Under the pieces are notes generated by a model. That model had not been told where the DNA came from. It saw nothing but the letters and a program-made list of their open reading frames with translations, and did no database searches. From Patescibacteria group bacterium (lineage in GTDB: Bacteria > Patescibacteriota > Patescibacteriia > JAHIZJ01): DNA of 64,000 nt. Made by a program: the position numbers and the translations under genes. Positions within the stretch are counted from its first letter, which is position 1, and each line of letters opens with the position of its first letter. This document shows positions 59,455 to 64,000 of the stretch, in pieces. The DNA is taken from the NCBI GenBank assembly GCA_041650335.1, contig JBAZLK010000006.1, positions 5,788-69,787 of the forward strand, given 5' to 3'.

Positions 59455-59630
59455 CCGCCAGCACATTACATCAGGCTTATTGAGGAGACGCCTTAACCCC
59501 ACACCAGTCGTCATGTACCAGACGGTTCATGACTTCCGGTGCGGGGACTCCTCACTTTTTCCGAATTCAGAAGCATCAGTTTCTGAATTCAGAGGAAGTG
59601 GTCTGACAACTGTATGAAGGAGGTGTTTTT

Positions 59631-59918
59631 ATGACCCATACATTGTCTACCGCATGGTTCCCGTTCCTGATCGGGTTTGCGGGTATTGTCACGATAGCGG
59701 CAATCTTCAGTCGGCTACCGGTATTTTACCCGCGTCCCAAACTGCTCCTCTTCGGCATCACCGGCATCATCGTACTCACAACCTCGTGGCTTCTCCGTTT
59801 CCGCGGGAATGAGCCGATCGTGTACGCCGGCACCTGGGTCGGGATGATGGCCGGACTGGCATATCCAATCGCGCTGCAGCGGTTGAAACGCCAGATCCGG
59901 AGAATGCTTGTCCGATGA
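59631..59918 (+). CDS. small three-TM orphan protein
   Basis: SD AAGGAGGTG; three hydrophobic helices. Confidence 0.62.
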   Translation: MTHTLSTAWFPFLIGFAGIVTIAAIFSRLPVFYPRPKLLLFGITGIIVLTTSWLLRFRGNEPIVYAGTWVGMMAGLAYPIALQRLKRQIRRMLVR

Positions 59919-59997
59919 CCCACTTCTCTTTCAAAGGGTAGGCACGACCGATGCCGTCATGTCTACCCCTCTTCTCTAAATTTGTTAGAATAAAGCT

Positions 59998-60229
59998 AGC
60001 AGGTTTGGAGAAGGGCCCACCTTCGCCTCTTTCTCGACCGGCGGACCTCTGGATCGACTGTCCGGTGTGAGCGTTCGAAAAAATCTCTCTCCTCGGGCGT
60101 TTGTATCACAGTTGGTTTCACCGCTGCCGTTACCCCTGGCTATTTCCGGGGCTATGGCAATCGGCCACCGGTTTCGCCGGTCTAGAAAAAGGCAATCCCG
60201 CAAAAACCGCCTCACCTGGCGGTTTTTGT
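59998..60229 (+). ncRNA. candidate ~230-nt structured RNA with terminator
   Basis: TGnTAGAAT at 59983-59991; 60025-60045 pairs with 60173-60193; terminator CAAAAACCGCC/GGCGGTTTTTG. Confidence 0.55.
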
Positions 60230-60276
60230 ATTTACGCAATAGCCGATCTGCGCTATGATAGATGGGTAGGAAAACT

Positions 60277-61023
60277 ATGCCGAACCAACTAACGCAAATC
60301 CAAAAGCCGGCTACTCCGCCAGCCAAACCGAAAAGGTGGCACTGGTACCGAACCTGGTGGGGGATTTTGTTTATCGTCTGTGGTGTTGCCTTGTTCGGCA
60401 CGCTGACATTTTTTGCCTGGCGCTTACTCGTGATTTTTCAGAAAAACATCGTCGCCGCTTCAAACAACAATGCGGACGTCGTCCAGGCTGGCCCCTCGGG
60501 CGTAACCGAGGATGACCCGCGATTTGGCAATGCTCAGGCCACGATACAGATTGTTGAATTCGGTGATTTTCAATGTCCGTATTGCAAGGAGGCATCAACG
60601 ATTGTTCGATCAATCATGAACGAATATGCGGATGACATCTTGTTTGTCTATCGCGATTTTCCGGTGGCTGACCTCCATCCTGATGCCGAGAAAGCGGCCG
60701 AGGCGGGCGAGTGCGCGCACGACCAGGGTAAATTTTGGGCGATGCATGATAAACTTTTTGAAAATCAGAATGCGCTCTCAGTGGCTGATTTAAAGAACTA
60801 CGCGGTTCAAGTTGGCCTCAATACCGATACGTTTAACTCCTGCCTCGACTCGGGTATAAACGCCATCGAGGTTGCCAAAGATTTGCAGGACGGCGTCGAG
60901 CTGGCAAAAAATCTGACGACGATTGGCACGCCGTTGTTTATTGTCAATGGATATCCGATCCCCGGCGTCATCACCGATGAAAAATGGCACGAGCTGTTAG
61001 ACGGATTACTTTCGGTTAAATAA
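60277..61023 (+). CDS. DsbA family thiol-disulfide oxidoreductase
   Basis: EFGDFQCPYC, YRDFP, GTPLF; N-terminal TM. Confidence 0.92.
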   Translation: MPNQLTQIQKPATPPAKPKRWHWYRTWWGILFIVCGVALFGTLTFFAWRLLVIFQKNIVAASNNNADVVQAGPSGVTEDDPRFGNAQATIQIVEFGDFQCPYCKEASTIVRSIMNEYADDILFVYRDFPVADLHPDAEKAAEAGECAHDQGKFWAMHDKLFENQNALSVADLKNYAVQVGLNTDTFNSCLDSGINAIEVAKDLQDGVELAKNLTTIGTPLFIVNGYPIPGVITDEKWHELLDGLLSVK

Positions 61024-61085
61024 ATAGTCGAAAAACGAGTCATCAGCTGTTGTGAACTCGGTTTTTTTATGGTATAATCACCGCA

Positions 61086-62117
61086 ATGAATCCGACATTA
61101 AAAAAACTTTTTTCACATATCCAGCGCGAGTATGTCCTCATTGCTCCGACTCAGAAGAGCCGGGGGCTTTTTTTGTCCACGGTTACCGATCTGAAAAAAA
61201 TCGTCTTTTCGGCTCAACTTACCCACAATACCTTCAAAGATTTTCTTTTCCCGCAGCATCAAACGTTGTATCGATTTGAGGGTGAGACGATAACGGAACC
61301 AGACCACCGTGAATATCCGAAACAGGCGCTTTTCGGCATTCAAATCGTCGATCTCCGGGCGCTGGGACTGTACAATCAAGTTTTCCGACATGATGCCGTC
61401 TATCAAGCGATCAAGCAGCGCACGCTCGTCATCGGGTACCTGAAGGGGCCGGTTTCCGAGAAGAGTCTTGGCATTTTCAAGGAGCGGCTCGAGGAAAATA
61501 CGCTCGAGCACCTCGAATTTGATATATTTGTGCTCGAAACCGGAGCCGACAGCTACCTCTACGCCGGTAGTAAAACCGGCCGGGCGGTTATCACTGAGGC
61601 TGGTTTAACAGAGTACGAGAACTCAGTCTACGTCGGCCCGATCAAGGAGTCCGGCCTGGATCCGGTGATGGTGGCGAATTATCGCAAGGTAAAAAATTCA
61701 TTCGAACGTCACCGCGCGGTCTGGGAGGAGCTTGGCAAACGCTGCCTTGCCTGTGGAAAATGTTCCTTAGTGTGTCCGACCTGTTTCTGCTTCACGACTA
61801 ACCATGAATTCGGTCAAAAGAAAAAGTCCGGCCAGCGTCAACGGCACTGGGAAACATGTTTTTATTCCGATTTTTCAAAGGTCGCGGGCGGCCATATTTT
61901 TCTCAATACGATCGCGAAACGGATCTATTTCTGGTATGAACATAAATTCGTTCGCATCCCGGATGAATATTCGGTTCCCGGCTGTGTCGGTTGCGGCCGC
62001 TGCATCGCGGTCTGTCCGGTCGGTATTGATTTACGGAAAACACTGGCCGCGTTGACGCCCGCGCCGGCCGGCGGGAAGGTCCAGCCATCATTCAAAAAAA
62101 ATCCTTCGAAGCCATGA
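61086..62117 (+). CDS. 4Fe-4S dicluster protein (group 3b hydrogenase beta/AsrA-like)
   Basis: CLACGKCSLVCPTCFC and CVGCGRCIAVCP. Confidence 0.85.
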   Translation: MNPTLKKLFSHIQREYVLIAPTQKSRGLFLSTVTDLKKIVFSAQLTHNTFKDFLFPQHQTLYRFEGETITEPDHREYPKQALFGIQIVDLRALGLYNQVFRHDAVYQAIKQRTLVIGYLKGPVSEKSLGIFKERLEENTLEHLEFDIFVLETGADSYLYAGSKTGRAVITEAGLTEYENSVYVGPIKESGLDPVMVANYRKVKNSFERHRAVWEELGKRCLACGKCSLVCPTCFCFTTNHEFGQKKKSGQRQRHWETCFYSDFSKVAGGHIFLNTIAKRIYFWYEHKFVRIPDEYSVPGCVGCGRCIAVCPVGIDLRKTLAALTPAPAGGKVQPSFKKNPSKP

Positions 62118-62932
62118 AAAACTATTATCTGCCAGCCCGGGCAAAAATAATCAAGATCCGAAAAGAATCGTCGCGGACGAATTTATATACTCTTCAATTC
62201 GTTGATGAAAAACTTCGGACAGCCTTCCGGTTTACGCCTGGCCAATTTGTCTTTGCCGGTTTACTCGGATACGGCGAAGGACCGTTCGACATCTGCTCGA
62301 GTTCGCTCGAGCGCGGTTGGTTTGAGATTGCCGTGCGCCGAGTCGGCTCGGTGACGGAAAAAATCCATGAATTAACAGTCGGTCAAACAATAATGATTCG
62401 GGGTCCTTTTGGTAACGGTTTCCCCATGGCCACTTTTGCCGGAAAAAATCTTCTCTTGCTCGGCGGCGGCTGCGGCTTTGTAACCATGCGAACCATTATT
62501 CTTGATTACATAAAACAGAAACCTGCCGACCAGAAAATTCAGCTTTTTCTCGGCGTGGGCACGCCCGACGACCTTCTTTTCCGGAGCGAATATCCGATCT
62601 GGAAGAAACACCTCGATCTTCAATTGATCGTCTCCGAGCCAACACCGGAATGGAAGGGACGAACTGGCTTGATCACCAACCTGTTCGACATGGTGCCGTT
62701 GCTTGATAATATCGCCGTCCTGGTCTGCGGTCCGCCGATCATGTATCACTTCTGTCTTGAGAAATTGAAACAGCGCAACATCCCGGACGAGCTGATGTAT
62801 TTTTCCTTCGAACGCCGGATGGATTGTGGTGTTGGCGTCTGCCAGCATTGCGCCCTCGGTTCGAAATATGTCTGCAAGGACGGCCCGGTTTTTTCATATC
62901 AAACGATAAAAGATATTCCTGGCGCAATCTAA
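62114..62932 (+). CDS. FAD/NAD-binding oxidoreductase (group 3b hydrogenase gamma/AsrB-like)
   Basis: FTPGQF, RGPFGNGF, CGPPIM, ERRMDCGVGVCQHC...CKDGPVF. Confidence 0.88.
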   Translation: MKNYYLPARAKIIKIRKESSRTNLYTLQFVDEKLRTAFRFTPGQFVFAGLLGYGEGPFDICSSSLERGWFEIAVRRVGSVTEKIHELTVGQTIMIRGPFGNGFPMATFAGKNLLLLGGGCGFVTMRTIILDYIKQKPADQKIQLFLGVGTPDDLLFRSEYPIWKKHLDLQLIVSEPTPEWKGRTGLITNLFDMVPLLDNIAVLVCGPPIMYHFCLEKLKQRNIPDELMYFSFERRMDCGVGVCQHCALGSKYVCKDGPVFSYQTIKDIPGAI

Positions 62933-62934
62933 CG

Positions 62935-63129
62935 ATGTGTCTAACGATTCCAAAAAAAATACTCTCGGTTGACGGCGTCACCGCCCGCGTGAAAAGCGGA
63001 ACCATTAACGTCTCGCTCATTCCGCGAGTCAAGGCCGGCGATTGGGTGCTGGTGAATGCGGATTTGGCCGTTCGAAAAGTACCGGCCGCCGAAGCAAAAA
63101 AAATATTAACACTCCTCAGCCATGTCTAA
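62935..63129 (+). CDS. hypC: HypC/HupF hydrogenase maturation chaperone
   Basis: MCLTIP...GDWVLVNADLA. Confidence 0.8.
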   Translation: MCLTIPKKILSVDGVTARVKSGTINVSLIPRVKAGDWVLVNADLAVRKVPAAEAKKILTLLSHV

Positions 63130-64000
63130 AGGTCATCTCTATATATTTCTGACGGCACTGATCTCGGGCGCCTCAGTCTATCTCAATAAATTCAGCGTCA
63201 GCGTGATTAATCCGTATATTTTCACCGGCGTAAAAAATGCTGCCGTGGTGGTCCTGCTTGGTCTGGTGATTCTCGGTGCCGGCCGCTGGAAAGAATTACG
63301 ACGCCTTTCCCGTCGACAATGGTACAGGCTTATAGTAGTCGGGTTTGTCGGCGGTGGCGTGCCATTCCTGCTTTTTTTCAAAGGCTTGAGTCTCACCTCG
63401 GCCAGCCAGGGCGCCCTGATCCATAAATCGATGTTTCTCTGGGCCGGTCTGCTGGCGGCGCTGCTCTTAAAAGAACGTTTCAACCGGTGGTCGTTGGTGG
63501 GGCTGGCGAGCATCGGCGCCGGGATTTGGCTCATGAGCCAGGGGAAACTCCAGCCGCTCGGCCTGGGCGATGGGTTGGTGCTGATCGCGACATTACTCTG
63601 GGCAGTCGAGGCTATTCTGGCGAAACGCGCGCTGGCCGATATCTCATCACTGGTCGTGGCCTGGGGCCGGATGTTTTTTGGCCTGCTGGTGATTGTCGGG
63701 TTCTGGGCGGTGAGCGGGCAACTACCAGCGCTCGGGAAAATTACCGCTTCACAGCTGAGCTGGATTGGTTTAACGTCAGCGCTGTTATTTGGGTACGTTA
63801 TGACGTGGTACGCGGGTCTTCGTCGTCTCCCGGTTACCGTGGCGACAGCAATTTTGACGCTCGGGTTCCCGATCACGAGCATATTGGCGGTTTTATTTGA
63901 CGGAAAGTCGTTCACCGCTGATCAGCTGGTCGGTTTCGCGCTGATGACGCTGGGCGCAGTTCCACTCCTCCTGCTTCAGCGCAACGCCTCACGATTAATT
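63122..64000 (+). CDS. EamA/DMT family transporter, runs off window
   Basis: Hand-translated MSKGHLYIFLTALISG...FFKGLSLTSASQGALIH...LLKER; about ten TM segments, no stop in window. Confidence 0.8.
   Translation, partial: MSKGHLYIFLTALISGASVYLNKFSVSVINPYIFTGVKNAAVVVLLGLVILGAGRWKELRRLSRRQWYRLIVVGFVGGGVPFLLFFKGLSLTSASQGALIHKSMFLWAGLLAALLLKERFNRWSLVGLASIGAGIWLMSQGKLQPLGLGDGLVLIATLLWAVEAILAKRALADISSLVVAWGRMFFGLLVIVGFWAVSGQLPALGKITASQLSWIGLTSALLFGYVMTWYAGLRRLPVTVATAILTLGFPITSILAVLFDGKSFTADQLVGFALMTLGAVPLLLLQRNASRLI

Noticed and set aside
53100-60000. CRISPR array or classical integron
   Set aside because: No regularly spaced identical 25-40-bp repeats, no cas or intI gene, no RYYYAAC/GTTRRRY core sites

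Overview
Bacterial chromosomal segment with the hallmarks of a Patescibacteria/CPR genome (inference from a CPR-type pilin, bactofilin, K+-independent H+-PPase, group 3b hydrogenase beta/gamma-like pair with hypC, and many orphan genes). Genes run almost entirely on the minus strand up to ~21.8 kb (two-component system, heterodimeric ABC exporter, HU, ymdB-like, rny, clpP, DHH phosphoesterase, rbfA, infB) and mostly on the plus strand from ~24.3 kb (acpP, trxA, aminotransferase, Glu/Leu/Phe/Val dehydrogenase, rnhB, nusA, hppA, three PlsC-like acyltransferases with a PaaK-like ligase, DUF47-PiT, tig, nfo, folC, rib genes, UDG, DsbA, hydrogenase genes). Two perfect parS palindromes sit at the strand switch. 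Six tRNAs are present; three have damaged partial copies beside them. The two most unusual regions: (1) 51.13-51.72 kb, a split tRNA-Leu(TAA) whose halves bracket an intact tRNA-Leu plus a small GIY-YIG nuclease, with short palindromes at both junctions; (2) 52.77-60.23 kb, a co-oriented orphan-gene island headed by ~700 nt of structured non-coding sequence, including two tandem ~120-nt three-way-junction motifs with covarying stems and a purine-rich seed complementary to two distant hairpin loops. All structures and families were assigned by eye; no database searches or folding programs were run. Some CDS starts were moved from the ORF track to a more plausible downstream start codon.
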